From: a virus
Virus record (IMG/VR): IMGVR_UViG_3300028840_003497
Coordinates: 96,001 to 160,000 of that record
Reading direction: 5' to 3' (one strand)
Length of the DNA stretch: 64,000 nt
This document shows, piece by piece, positions 26,445 to 36,480 of this stretch. The notes below the pieces were generated by a model. The model did no database searches, was not told the DNA's origin, and saw nothing but the letters and a program-made list of their open reading frames with translations. Positions within the stretch are counted from its first letter, which is position 1, and the number at the start of each line of letters is the position of its first letter. The translations under genes and the position numbers were made by a program.

Positions 26445-27245
26445 TTACCTCAAAACCTCTGCCGCCGTTGTCGTCCGCATCCCTCTCCCTGTCATCTCCG
26501 TGATGAAATCATCCTGAAGGCTCTCGAACCCTGGGACCGGGCTCGTGCCATCAGTCAAGAGCACGAACTTGGCAATGTAACTGTCATCCGAGAATCCGTT
26601 GGCGATGTCGAGAACAGTATTGGCCAGGCAATGTGAGCCAGCCTCTCCGGCGATCAACACCTCATCTGCATCCTCCAGAGTCTGGATCAGTCGAGTGTTC
26701 AACTGCGTGCTCGGGTCGCCTGGATCGGGCACCTCGGCCTTCACACCCGAGTAGTGCTCGGTCCAGATATTTGATCCCTTGGACACGAAATCAATAATCG
26801 CCGGACTATCCTTAACCCAAAGATCCAGAGCTTCCCGGATCGGCTCGACGATGCAGGCCCCCGGAGTCCCGATCATGCAGTGTGGCGGCCAGATACAGAG
26901 AGGGTATCGCCCACTGAACTCCAACCCCTTCGCGTACTCGATCATCTTGCGAGTAAAGGATGGCCGCACCGGCGTCCAATTGCCCTCCTCGATGTCCTTT
27001 GCTGTGATGATCGTAAAAGGATCCGGAGGGTTGCCGTCCTTGTCGCGCCACATCAATGGATGGGCAACGTCGAGGAGGTGATGCTGGTCCAGTGTGACGT
27101 GGATATCCTCCAGCTTGCTCCCGAGCCGAACAATCATATCAGCCACTCGCTGCATGTCCGCGTCCGCGCCAGGCACGGACAAAGCCCCCGCCGGGTCTGC
27201 GAAGTCAAATTGAGGGTCTATCAATAATAAATGCACCTTCTTCAT
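26445..27245 (-). CDS. pncA: Nicotinamidase (isochorismatase family)
   Basis: IDPQFDF, GALSVPGA, D.H, WPPHC, KG, EHYS, GEAGSHC. Confidence 0.88.
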   Translation of the reverse strand: MKKVHLLLIDPQFDFADPAGALSVPGADADMQRVADMIVRLGSKLEDIHVTLDQHHLLDVAHPLMWRDKDGNPPDPFTIITAKDIEEGNWTPVRPSFTRKMIEYAKGLEFSGRYPLCIWPPHCMIGTPGACIVEPIREALDLWVKDSPAIIDFVSKGSNIWTEHYSGVKAEVPDPGDPSTQLNTRLIQTLEDADEVLIAGEAGSHCLANTVLDIANGFSDDSYIAKFVLLTDGTSPVPGFESLQDDFITEMTGRGMRTTTAAEVLR

Positions 27246-27387
27246 TTCATCACTCCTTTGCCGGACTGTCATCGTCCGGATCGTTATCGTTATCCGCCGT
27301 TTTCCCTACTGGTTCTTCTGGTCTGCCCATCTTGTCCTCCTTCTCGCCATCTCGGCAAGTATCATGCAGCCACTGCTGTATTACCTA

Positions 27388-28080
27388 CTAATCCGCGTTA
27401 GTCAACTTCTTTCTGGCAACAAAAACGAGCGTCTTCCCGTTGTTGAACTTGTCATACTGCACCTCTTCAAAATGCTCATGAAGCGTCAACATAAAACTCT
27501 GCGGAGGTATCCATTGGAATGTCGACTTGTGAGTATCAGCACCACACTTCTGCAGATGGACTATCTTGTCGCCAACCATCCACACTTCCTCAGAGTACCT
27601 GCGCCCATCTATCTGATACTCGTACCGGCTCGGAGCATCCCCTGGCCTCTGAATGAAGGTGTTAAAAACGAACGATCCAGTGTCTTTCAGCCCCTTAGAT
27701 ATCCTCTCAACAGCATCCTCATTCCACCAGTAGTTCACCGCCTGCTGACAAATCGCCAAATCAAACTCGCCGGTCCCTAGAAAAAAATTGGTCTTACTGC
27801 AGCGCGTGAGATCGGAAACAACACACCGGTCAGGAGCGTTCTCCATTTTCTTGGCCCGGCTCATCATTTTTCTTGAGATATCAACAGCAAGGACAAACTT
27901 TGCCCCTAGCTCTTTCGCTCGCACGCTCGCACGCAACCCTCCAGCACACAAATCCACCATTATCTTCCCACTTATTGGACCTGCAGCTAAAAGTAAATCG
28001 TCTACCGGCCTCTTGAGGAACCGAGCATACATTCGATCATACTCATCCCCACACATTTTAGAAAAATCGTGTACTCCCAT
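27388..28080 (-). CDS. Class I SAM-dependent methyltransferase
   Basis: VDLCAGG, AVDIS, FDLAIC motifs. Confidence 0.8.
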   Translation of the reverse strand: MGVHDFSKMCGDEYDRMYARFLKRPVDDLLLAAGPISGKIMVDLCAGGLRASVRAKELGAKFVLAVDISRKMMSRAKKMENAPDRCVVSDLTRCSKTNFFLGTGEFDLAICQQAVNYWWNEDAVERISKGLKDTGSFVFNTFIQRPGDAPSRYEYQIDGRRYSEEVWMVGDKIVHLQKCGADTHKSTFQWIPPQSFMLTLHEHFEEVQYDKFNNGKTLVFVARKKLTNAD

Positions 28081-28082
28081 GA

Positions 28083-29306
28083 TTACCTCACCACCAGAAA
28101 TTCACCGTGCCCAGCAATCGTGAATCGAATTTGGCCATTTTCATTCCACTCGACCGGGAAATCCCTGTCAGTATCTCGCACCGTCCCAGGTTGAGCATAT
28201 GGAAGAGTATGCATCGGCGTCATCCTCCTCTTGTCATGCTCATGCCAGTGTATCACGGCATTAGCTTCCGGGACCTTTTTAAAGATCCTGTCAATCAGCG
28301 GCGCATTGAGAGATGCCTTGTTGATTTTAATTCTTTTGCTCGTGTATTTGTTCTCAGGGACCACCAGCGTCCTATCTTTGTGATCAACTCGACAAACCAC
28401 CGTCCAGTCTAGCAGTTGAGTCTTTCCCCTCGCTGAGATCACGAATCGCCCAGTATTATCAGCCACCCGTACCGCAACACATCCAAAGAATATACCACTC
28501 TCCTGCTTGCCGAGTTCCAAATCACATCGGTAACGCGCGACCTCCTCAATGAGCCGCTTGGCCGCATCCCGCACCGGCTCCTCTTTCGGGAGTCCGGGAT
28601 GGTCTTCATAACAGAACTCTCTCCTATCCGAAATTGACTTATAGTGCTCGTCCGTTGCCATGTCGAAAATAATCTGGGCAAGGTCCTCGACGAAGAACTC
28701 GCCTCCTTCCGGCGTAACTCCAAACCTCTTATGAAGGTCCGTCGCGTCGTTGGCAAAAACGAGATTCGCCTTGGACTCGCGCTGTGTCAGTTGCGCGGCC
28801 CGGATAAGAGAATCATGATCGACCCCGCTGAGCAGCTTGAACCCGATCAGTTTCGTCTTTGGAGCGTGCTTCCGAACCGTATTGATAACCCTCGGAGCGA
28901 TCCGCATAAGGACCGGCACCGGATCTCCCTCCTCGTAATTGTGAGAAGGAAACTTGCCATCCTGTAGCGTCAGCTCCTGCCACCTTTTGTCCAGTATCAG
29001 ATTCGCTACCGCCGCCCCCAAGACAACCGCATCGCACGATTTCGACAATAACTGGACTTTCTCCATGTAGTCGTCGAACCCGGAATGCTTCACCCATTCC
29101 ACACCCTCTAATTGAGCATCATACCTTGGAAGATCGCTGGCGAGGTAATTAACCCGAGCACCCAGTTTGCTCAGAGAATGAGCAAGACTCAACATCCAAC
29201 CGCCTTTGAATTTGTTTGTGATAAGCTTGACCGCGTCCAGTTTGGCCGCTACAGCTCCGCCTGTGACCAAAATACGTGGCCTACTCATCGGATGCATCCT
29301 CATCAT
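28083..29306 (-). CDS. CoaB-like ligase domain fused to a class II aldolase-like domain
   Basis: ILVTGG...DAVKLITNKFKG, LGAAVAN, LIGFKL, VFAND; C-terminal ISARGK, AVIHWH, GHG. Confidence 0.7.
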   Translation of the reverse strand: MMRMHPMSRPRILVTGGAVAAKLDAVKLITNKFKGGWMLSLAHSLSKLGARVNYLASDLPRYDAQLEGVEWVKHSGFDDYMEKVQLLSKSCDAVVLGAAVANLILDKRWQELTLQDGKFPSHNYEEGDPVPVLMRIAPRVINTVRKHAPKTKLIGFKLLSGVDHDSLIRAAQLTQRESKANLVFANDATDLHKRFGVTPEGGEFFVEDLAQIIFDMATDEHYKSISDRREFCYEDHPGLPKEEPVRDAAKRLIEEVARYRCDLELGKQESGIFFGCVAVRVADNTGRFVISARGKTQLLDWTVVCRVDHKDRTLVVPENKYTSKRIKINKASLNAPLIDRIFKKVPEANAVIHWHEHDKRRMTPMHTLPYAQPGTVRDTDRDFPVEWNENGQIRFTIAGHGEFLVVR

Positions 29307-29871
29307 CGCTCAAAGCAGCATCCGGGTTCACATAGCCGTTCTCGTCGCGCTCAGCGACTCCTTCGCCGGGATCTCCACCACCGGACTGCGGAACATCGAT
29401 CCAATACTTGATTTTTCGACCGACATGCTCCTTGTCCACGATTAAACGATTCCCAGGGCGATCCACATAAAGATCCCGTAAACCGCTGGAAATAACCCTA
29501 TGAACCTGCCAGTCGTGATACCCCTCGGTCTCGCTCGGAAACACCGACCGAAACCTCTCCACCATATCCTCCGTCAGGGATCGGTTCGAATACCCAACAT
29601 TCTCCATCTGCATGAACCGCAGAAGAGCATACCGACGGTCGGCCCTATCAAACATTTTCTTCGAACGCCTCACGTCGTTCCGTGGAGGAGAATGCTCCGT
29701 GGTATCTGGCACACCGTCAATACCAACCTCTGCCTCCATCTCCTCGATGTCCTTGATCCGACGATCTATATCCTCGATCGCCACCACATGTTCGGATCTC
29801 TCCCGAAGAAGATCCTTCTTCTTTTTCTGAAAATACTCGCTCGCAATCATGGTCGCCTCCCCTCGTCGCAT
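29281..29871 (-). CDS. Hypothetical protein
   Basis: ORF on the coding strand. Confidence 0.55.
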   Translation of the reverse strand: MRRGEATMIASEYFQKKKKDLLRERSEHVVAIEDIDRRIKDIEEMEAEVGIDGVPDTTEHSPPRNDVRRSKKMFDRADRRYALLRFMQMENVGYSNRSLTEDMVERFRSVFPSETEGYHDWQVHRVISSGLRDLYVDRPGNRLIVDKEHVGRKIKYWIDVPQSGGGDPGEGVAERDENGYVNPDAALSDDEDASDE

Positions 29872-29894
29872 CCTGCGACGTATCTGGGAAGAAA

Positions 29895-30194
29895 CTAGCT
29901 TATCAGTCCAGCAGCCCTCATTACTGCCTCGCTGTCGTCGAATTCTAATTCCGACTTCTGCGCCAGTTCTTCATCTGTTTTAATCTCAATCTCTGTTTTG
30001 AGAACATTGTCCCACACCATCTTAGAAATATCCGCCTCCACTTTCTTGTGACAAGCGGGACAAAATCGCAATTGAATCCTCTTCTCTTCGTTGTCCGCGC
30101 TGTACACACTCACATTAATAGAAAGCATTTCATCACGCGGAACCCACTTTCTACATTCCCCTCGACAAAATCCGTACTTGGTATTTGTGCTCAC
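29895..30194 (-). CDS. Small zinc-binding hypothetical protein
   Basis: CRGEC and CPAC pairs. Confidence 0.55.
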   Translation of the reverse strand: MSTNTKYGFCRGECRKWVPRDEMLSINVSVYSADNEEKRIQLRFCPACHKKVEADISKMVWDNVLKTEIEIKTDEELAQKSELEFDDSEAVMRAAGLIS

Positions 30195-30508
30195 TTTTGT
30201 TTCCTCTCCAGTGTCCGAGAAATATTTGCCAACTCCCTGGCGATCTTCTCCAATGCCTTAACCTCACGCCGCCGCAACGCGCTCTGCCGCGCATCTTTAT
30301 CCCTCTGGCAAATCATAGCCTCCGGAGCACCAAGTCTGTCACAAGCCTGCGCTTGCACATCTGGAACTGAGCACTGATTCATTAATATTCCAACAATCAT
30401 CGCCACGCCCAGAATAGTCCACACCACCTTGAGAGGAAATGGAAATCCCCGAGGCTCATCCTCCCATGGTCTTACAAGCTTTTTAATCCGAGTTGATCGC
30501 ATCCTCAC
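30191..30508 (-). CDS. Membrane protein
   Basis: Single hydrophobic helix. Confidence 0.55.
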   Translation of the reverse strand: MRMRSTRIKKLVRPWEDEPRGFPFPLKVVWTILGVAMIVGILMNQCSVPDVQAQACDRLGAPEAMICQRDKDARQSALRRREVKALEKIARELANISRTLERKQK

Positions 30509-30578
30509 CTCCTGGCATCTCGCCTGGCATCTACTAGAACATTACGCCACGACGCTGCATTTGTCAACAAGATGCAAA

Positions 30579-30887
30579 CTACTTATAGAGCCCCAAAACG
30601 TCCTCAAACTTGATAACCACAAATTCATCATCATCAACAATAACGTTTGTTCCAGTAAACGTCCCCACAACAACTGTGTCTTTGGCCTTGATTCCATCAA
30701 CATCAGGTCCGACAGCTATAACCTTGGCCGTGTTCGGGGGCTTCTTGGCCGATCCAGGGATATACAGTCCGCCCGCCGTCTTCGTCTCCTCGGTGTCCAC
30801 CTCATCCTTCAGAATCAGAACGTTGTCATGCAACGGCTGAAACGATGGCCCCTTGTTTTTGGAAACTTTCTTCTTCTTGTCAGTCAT
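30579..30887 (-). CDS. groES: Co-chaperonin GroES
   Basis: FQPLHDNVLI, TAGGLYIP, VIAVGP, EDVLG. Confidence 0.93.
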   Translation of the reverse strand: MTDKKKKVSKNKGPSFQPLHDNVLILKDEVDTEETKTAGGLYIPGSAKKPPNTAKVIAVGPDVDGIKAKDTVVVGTFTGTNVIVDDDEFVVIKFEDVLGLYK

Positions 30888-31089
30888 CTGTTCTGCTCCT
30901 TCCATTCTTTGCACTTCATACCCAATTTCATAACGCGCCTACGGTCGTCAGGCGTCAACATCGACCTCACCGTCTGGCAACCTTTCTTCTTTCTAGCATC
31001 AGCCATAAACAACAAATCATCCACTGTCAGAGCCTTGTCTCCAAATTGCTCGGCCAAATCAAACGCTTCGAGCATTCCTATTCCACCCA

Positions 31090-31350
31090 TTATTTCCCCC
31101 GGATAATCAACATCTGACCGGTCATCAAACGCTGATCCGTAATCACGGAGATGTTATTTTCATCATCCCAATCGTACGCAAACACAGCATCAGAAATGCC
31201 TTCGATAATAGGCGCTCCAGCCTTGATAGCTGTCCCGATTGCAATACTGATTTGCTTCTCACAATCCTCTCGCGACAACCCCTGAAACGGTTTAGCTGCA
31301 TGCTCCGCCCACATTCGAACCATCTCTTCTGTTTCATTGCTCATTGGCAA
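31090..31350 (-). CDS. Hypothetical protein
   Basis: ORF with SD. Confidence 0.5.
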   Translation of the reverse strand: MPMSNETEEMVRMWAEHAAKPFQGLSREDCEKQISIAIGTAIKAGAPIIEGISDAVFAYDWDDENNISVITDQRLMTGQMLIIRGK

Positions 31351-31876
31351 AAGAAACCTCCCTTCTTAAGAAGTTCCTCCTCGTCCGGATTGATCTCCAC
31401 GACACATCTCGGAAACTCCCAAAACATCATCCCGGCAACAATCGGACCAAACAGATCCCCATCTTCCATCCGCAACATAGGGAATGGTTCGACATCCAAA
31501 ACTTCAAGCTCGACAATATGACCACAAAAATGCATCAATTTCATCACTGCTCCCGCCATCTTCGGCGATATCTAGAGTGAGAGTCTTACCACGTAGAATT
31601 GAATTTATCAACCATTTTCGATGTAGCCCGGATTAATCCAACGCTCCACCGTTTCAAGTTCCTCTTTGTCCGCAACAAATTCAGTCACACCGGCATCATG
31701 CTTATCGGCAATCAGATCAGCTCGATCCCGCGTCGTAAAGATACCAAACACCGTCATCTCCGCAACTTCAATCTCACCAGTGCGAGTCTCCTCCTGCGAA
31801 GCCTTGCTAACTAGAAAAAGTTCCATCAATATCCTCCGTCTAAATCCTACAGCAGCCAAGCCGCGAAAGCAATATC

Positions 31877-32983
31877 CTACATTGACCTGACACATCGAAC
31901 CTTCTTAGTAACCAAAAGATTATAGTTTAGACTAGTCAAACCAGTCTCGAAATCCATCATATTACTCGTGCCCCCATCCATCCAGTATGTCCCTGTATCC
32001 ATGCCAAACAACTCTCCGCAATCACTCCCAGTACATGATCCACACTCATACTGACCACCAACCGGAATATGTGTGCATTGTAATACACCCCACAAACGAT
32101 GAAACAAGTGATACATCTCATTAGATTTAGGAACTCTCCACCCGGTAACACCACCCATATTCAAACCGGCACAATATGATTCTACCGCATTCCTATTCAT
32201 CTCAATCGGAGAAGGAGGATCCTGCCAACACAAATCCGGCCAACTTTCTGGGTAGTCTTGATGATACCCGTCTATCCTATCCATGAACCGTCCCCCCGCA
32301 CAGTCTAGGTCGTCTCCCGTGCCGCCATCACTATCCGTGTCCGTGTCCGTATCGGCATCAGAGTCTGCGTCACCACCTCCAGAGATGTCGCAACAAAAGT
32401 CAGTACCAGGACAAATCTGCTCAGGATGTTCAATGCCTTGCGATACGCACCAAGCTTGACTCGGTCCACAAAAGTACTCACAAGGAACGTCGGTGTCACT
32501 ATCGGAATCGGAATCGGTATCCGCATCTGAATCAGAGTCGCTGTCGGAGTCACTATCGGTATCAACATCTAGATCCATCCCTCCGTCTTCTTCACCCCCT
32601 GCGTCCTCACAACCCGCTTCCACGTCCGTCTCCCACTCCGTAGAAGTGTCCCCACCATCGGTATACCCTGTCTCAGTGTCTTCCTCCGTGTCGCTATCCG
32701 TGTCCGTGTCGGTATCGGTGTCTGCATCCAGATCACCATCCGAATCACTATCACTATCAGTATCGCCGTCAATATCAGTGTCGCCATCTCCATCTCCATC
32801 TCCATCAGAGTCCGTGTCACTATCCGTGTCGGAATCGGTATCCGCGTCGGTGTCTAGATCAACACCGGCATCCTCCATGCCGCTCTCGTTAGACTGCCAG
32901 ACGCCTCCATCTCCAACGTCAAAACTGCCACCATCTCTGCCGCATGCCGAAATCAAAATCGCAATTAAAAACAACCGCCTCAT
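31877..32983 (-). CDS. Lipoprotein with D-(T/S/G/A) repeats and a C-terminal DUF1566-like domain
   Basis: Lipobox ISAC; long DTDSD tracts; LCWQ...YC..L..GG...WRVP...E...YW...VRCVR. Confidence 0.8.
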   Translation of the reverse strand: MRRLFLIAILISACGRDGGSFDVGDGGVWQSNESGMEDAGVDLDTDADTDSDTDSDTDSDGDGDGDGDTDIDGDTDSDSDSDGDLDADTDTDTDTDSDTEEDTETGYTDGGDTSTEWETDVEAGCEDAGGEEDGGMDLDVDTDSDSDSDSDSDADTDSDSDSDTDVPCEYFCGPSQAWCVSQGIEHPEQICPGTDFCCDISGGGDADSDADTDTDTDSDGGTGDDLDCAGGRFMDRIDGYHQDYPESWPDLCWQDPPSPIEMNRNAVESYCAGLNMGGVTGWRVPKSNEMYHLFHRLWGVLQCTHIPVGGQYECGSCTGSDCGELFGMDTGTYWMDGGTSNMMDFETGLTSLNYNLLVTKKVRCVRSM

Positions 32984-33071
32984 CGTCACCTCCTTGGACA
33001 TGTTTGGAAAAATGTCCATCCTGTAACAATGATTAAGCTATTAAGTTAGTTTGTCAACTATCTTTAGAGAA

Positions 33072-33527
33072 TTAGCGAGCGGCTGCTGGCTTCTTACCAC
33101 TGGAACGCCGTCGCTTCTTGCTTGCTGTCCGATTTTCATTCCTGGCCGGATTCATGGCATTTGGTCGGTTCTTTTTCTTAGGAGGAGCCATCCGCCACCC
33201 CTTCCTTCCGATCATCGTGTATCTGTATCTATTCCGCAGACGCTCCCACACGAATTTACCCTTGCTCTTCGCGTAATAGAGCTGCATATAAATGCGCTTT
33301 TCAACGTTGAAATATTTGTAAACCGGACCTGGAACCTGGGATCGTTTGCTCTTGCTCTCCTGCCAAAAACGGACAAAGAGCGTCATTGTCGGCTCATCGT
33401 ACCCAATAGAATGAACATTCGAACTACTAAAATCCGAGTCCATCACTGGAAGGGTTTTCATTATAGCCTGCTTCTGTTCAATTAACTCACGCATTGCTCC
33501 GAAAATGATCCTATCAAAAGCAACCAA
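33072..33527 (-). CDS. KTSC domain protein
   Basis: SSNVHSIGYD...LFVRF...YKYFNV...AKSKGKF. Confidence 0.85.
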   Translation of the reverse strand: MVAFDRIIFGAMRELIEQKQAIMKTLPVMDSDFSSSNVHSIGYDEPTMTLFVRFWQESKSKRSQVPGPVYKYFNVEKRIYMQLYYAKSKGKFVWERLRNRYRYTMIGRKGWRMAPPKKKNRPNAMNPARNENRTASKKRRRSSGKKPAAAR

Positions 33528-33626
33528 TAATCACAAGAAAAAGAACCATTCAATACGTCTGCTTATACTGGCCGAGGAGGGTCGGCCTAACCATACCCTC
33601 CTGGATGGGTGGGAATGTTGGGATTG

Positions 33627-34199
33627 CTATGCTGTCTCGATCTCTGGCTCCTCGTCCGCTACGACACCGATCTCGATGTCCGCCGGTGTGGCCGCCTCGA
33701 TCTCCGAGACGTTGCCCTTCCAGGTAACCTTGCCCTTGCTCGGGATACGTGGGAGGCTGTTTTTAAACTCCGAAAAAATGGCTTTGATCTTGCCGTCGGG
33801 GTCGATCTCCTCGACCTTGGCCTTGCGAGCAGCCTTGGCCTCCTCTTTATCCTCGTCGCTCCCCGTCCAGTCGACGAGGTAGTCGCTGGCAACCTTCTCG
33901 ATCAGCTTGGTAGCCGCGTCTCGCGTGATACCAGCGTGGTGGAGGACCATCGTCAGGAAGTCTGCATTGAGGATCGAAGCAGTCGGCGCGATTTCATGGG
34001 CCTCGCCGATCTTCATCGTCCCTGTTATATGGACCGTGGTGTCGATCTCATACTCGCCCGGGTTCAAAGCCTCGCGTGCTTCTTTGGCGACCTTGCTTCT
34101 CCCGCTGACGAGCTTCGTGATTGCGATTGTTGTTGCGTTTTTCATCTTGTAACCTCCCGCCAGGATCTTCCTGGCCATCTTGGTTTCCCCTGCTAACAT
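33627..34199 (-). CDS. Hypothetical protein
   Basis: ORF behind a GTTGACAAAC promoter at about 34224-34233. Confidence 0.65.
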   Translation of the reverse strand: MLAGETKMARKILAGGYKMKNATTIAITKLVSGRSKVAKEAREALNPGEYEIDTTVHITGTMKIGEAHEIAPTASILNADFLTMVLHHAGITRDAATKLIEKVASDYLVDWTGSDEDKEEAKAARKAKVEEIDPDGKIKAIFSEFKNSLPRIPSKGKVTWKGNVSEIEAATPADIEIGVVADEEPEIETA

Positions 34200-34294
34200 C
34201 TACATCATGCTCACTGCCGAGGCGTTTGTCAACCTAATAACCCGACAATTCGTCGACTCATTCCAGGTCTGAATAGACTTGAGTTTTCGGGTGT

Positions 34295-34909
34295 TTACAG
34301 GCGAATCATGGACACCATGCGGAATGATTTAGATTTCTTTCTCCTCTTCCACCATTTGATCGCAACCTTAGACGTGCCAGTGATGACACCACCACGCTTC
34401 ACGACCTTCCCAGCGATGATCAAATGCTTCTCGGCAATACGCCGATCAGCCTTTCCTATTGAGTAGCTCTTGAGAATGTTAGCGAGGCTCTTCGGAGGCA
34501 GAAGCTTGCCGGTGAAAAAGAAGAACATCTCCATTGTCGCCCGGTACGCATCAGCCTCGTAGTAAGCCCGGCTCGCATCGCTCGTGAGATACTTCATCGG
34601 CTGACTCGGATCGCGGTCGGCCTGGACAACATGCTGACACTCGTGAACACACGTTGCGATCTGATTAATCAGCTGCGCCTGGGATCCATCCCCGATCTCG
34701 AACGGAACGTATACGCATCTCCACCCGCCGACAATGACCGTCGTCGTGTAGCTTCTCAGAAAGTCATCCTTGGTCTGAACACCCATCAGGTCGAGCGCCC
34801 ACCCAATGGCCCTCATCTCCTGAGCATCGCCCTTCTGCACGATCTTAAAATCGTATTTCTTGGCCATATACTTCCAAAAAGACTCGACATCTTTTCCTGT
34901 CACTTTCAT
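34295..34909 (-). CDS. Putative zincin metallopeptidase
   Basis: HECQH (HExxH) with downstream YEADAY. Confidence 0.65.
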   Translation of the reverse strand: MKVTGKDVESFWKYMAKKYDFKIVQKGDAQEMRAIGWALDLMGVQTKDDFLRSYTTTVIVGGWRCVYVPFEIGDGSQAQLINQIATCVHECQHVVQADRDPSQPMKYLTSDASRAYYEADAYRATMEMFFFFTGKLLPPKSLANILKSYSIGKADRRIAEKHLIIAGKVVKRGGVITGTSKVAIKWWKRRKKSKSFRMVSMIRL

Positions 34910-35217
34910 CAGTTACCTCCATCCCCGGCATCCGGATCGCCAGCACACTCATCCGCCGGGAGGCACGAGTGAAGTCCGTCATCTGGATCGACGCAACACG
35001 TCCATTCTATCCCAATACCAAAATCCTCGATCTCTCCGCAGTCTGCTTCTATTTCCCAGTCTGTTTCCGTGTTGCAAATCTCGACACTATCACCATTGCA
35101 TCTGGTTGCATCTGATTCACATCCATCATGACACCCTGAGATCGTCACAACCAACACGAAAATGAGACCAACCAAAACAAACACTTCTCTCATCACATTT
35201 TTCATTGCACAACCCAT
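34909..35217 (-). CDS. Small Cys-rich lipoprotein
   Basis: Signal peptide ending ISGC; multiple Cys; DAG tail. Confidence 0.6.
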   Translation of the reverse strand: MGCAMKNVMREVFVLVGLIFVLVVTISGCHDGCESDATRCNGDSVEICNTETDWEIEADCGEIEDFGIGIEWTCCVDPDDGLHSCLPADECAGDPDAGDGGN

Positions 35218-35227
35218 TTCTACGAAC

Positions 35228-35863
35228 TCAAGTTCGCTTCTTTAATACCGACAAACCGCTCCTAGCCGGTGCAGCCTCTTCAATATAATCCCGAATGTCT
35301 TTTTCGTCCAGTTCGAGACCTGTCTGATCCCAGCCTGGACATTTATCTCTGGCAAATATCTCCACCCTCGGAATATCTCCAAACAGATCCACAATCCGAT
35401 TCCGAACTTCTGGAGGTTTAGCCGAGTGCCGAATCATCGGAGACATGACAACCGAATGCACACTGGCCGACTTACGCTCCAGCTTACCCTTCAGTCCAAG
35501 CAAAACAAATTCACAATTACTACGCGAATAATGCCCCATCCCAGTAAACAAACCACCCGACTTGCTATTAGTCTTCACCCAAACAAAAACAACCCCCTTG
35601 TAGTCAAACCCCCAGTTCTGCAGCAGACGAATACCGTTCAGCATAAACGGGCCTGTTACCCACAAAAAATGAGCGCAATTTTCAGCGGCCAGATCCCCCA
35701 CGCGCAACAACATCAAATCTCTCATGCTCAATGTTGCATAGTGATGATCGGCTCCCCTCTTGCCACCTTTGTCCGAGTAAGACCAAGGGCAATCACTCAA
35801 TATCACGTTGAACTTTCCCAACTCAGATCCACCCTTTCTTCTCGGCCCACGAGGAATAGACAA
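35228..35863 (-). CDS. MT-A70 family adenine methyltransferase
   Basis: DCPW, HYATLS, FLWVT, WGF.Y, WVK, HSAKP, EIFAR. Confidence 0.9.
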   Translation of the reverse strand: MSIPRGPRRKGGSELGKFNVILSDCPWSYSDKGGKRGADHHYATLSMRDLMLLRVGDLAAENCAHFLWVTGPFMLNGIRLLQNWGFDYKGVVFVWVKTNSKSGGLFTGMGHYSRSNCEFVLLGLKGKLERKSASVHSVVMSPMIRHSAKPPEVRNRIVDLFGDIPRVEIFARDKCPGWDQTGLELDEKDIRDYIEEAAPARSGLSVLKKRT

Positions 35864-36039
35864 TCAAAGTCCCATCATGTCCTTTACCGTAAACCTCGGA
35901 ATCGTCATGGATCGCAAACTTCGGAACCCATTCTGGTTCGTCAAAATCTGGAGCCTCAACCAGGATAGCCTTACCACTGTCACGGATAACCTCCGCACTC
36001 TCAATCTCGTGTATCATTCGAATAACCCTCCGGCATTGA

Positions 36040-36204
36040 TCATTTCTTAATCTTTCTCACCGCGAATCGACTCGTCAACACACGGTACCTGTCCTCAAAT
36101 TCAACGAGGATGCTGTTCATCTTCCCACGAGCAAGCACCCGACACTTCTGGCCCTTGCGATCTCCCAACTTGGCCCTCCAGAACCATACATACGGATACT
36201 CCAT
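36040..36204 (-). CDS. Small hypothetical protein (below ORF-track cutoff)
   Basis: MEYPYVWFWRAKLGDRKGQKCRVLARGKMNSILVEFED...; fills the gap between neighbours. Confidence 0.55.
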   Translation of the reverse strand: MEYPYVWFWRAKLGDRKGQKCRVLARGKMNSILVEFEDRYRVLTSRFAVRKIKK

Positions 36205-36480
36205 CAGACCGCTGTTTTTTTCGCTTTGATTTCTCTATCCGCCATAAAATTCTTCATATACCTCCTCGATGCTGCCTTGGCACCCATCGCTGTGGGAGAT
36301 CTCACAAACAACCGAGCACTACTATCCGAATCGATAAACAACATACTAGAACGTTGAATATCCGGATATGGATCATCGTAGATCTCGCGCGGCAATTTTA
36401 CCGTTCCATCCACAAGGTTACAAACGATACAGAACCAAGGGTCGAGCTTCTTGTTTTGCAGCTTCGAAAACGTGCCCATA

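Noticed and set aside
32493-33026. Ser/Val-rich plus-strand ORF
   Set aside because: Antisense shadow of the Asp-Thr/Ser repeat lipoprotein.
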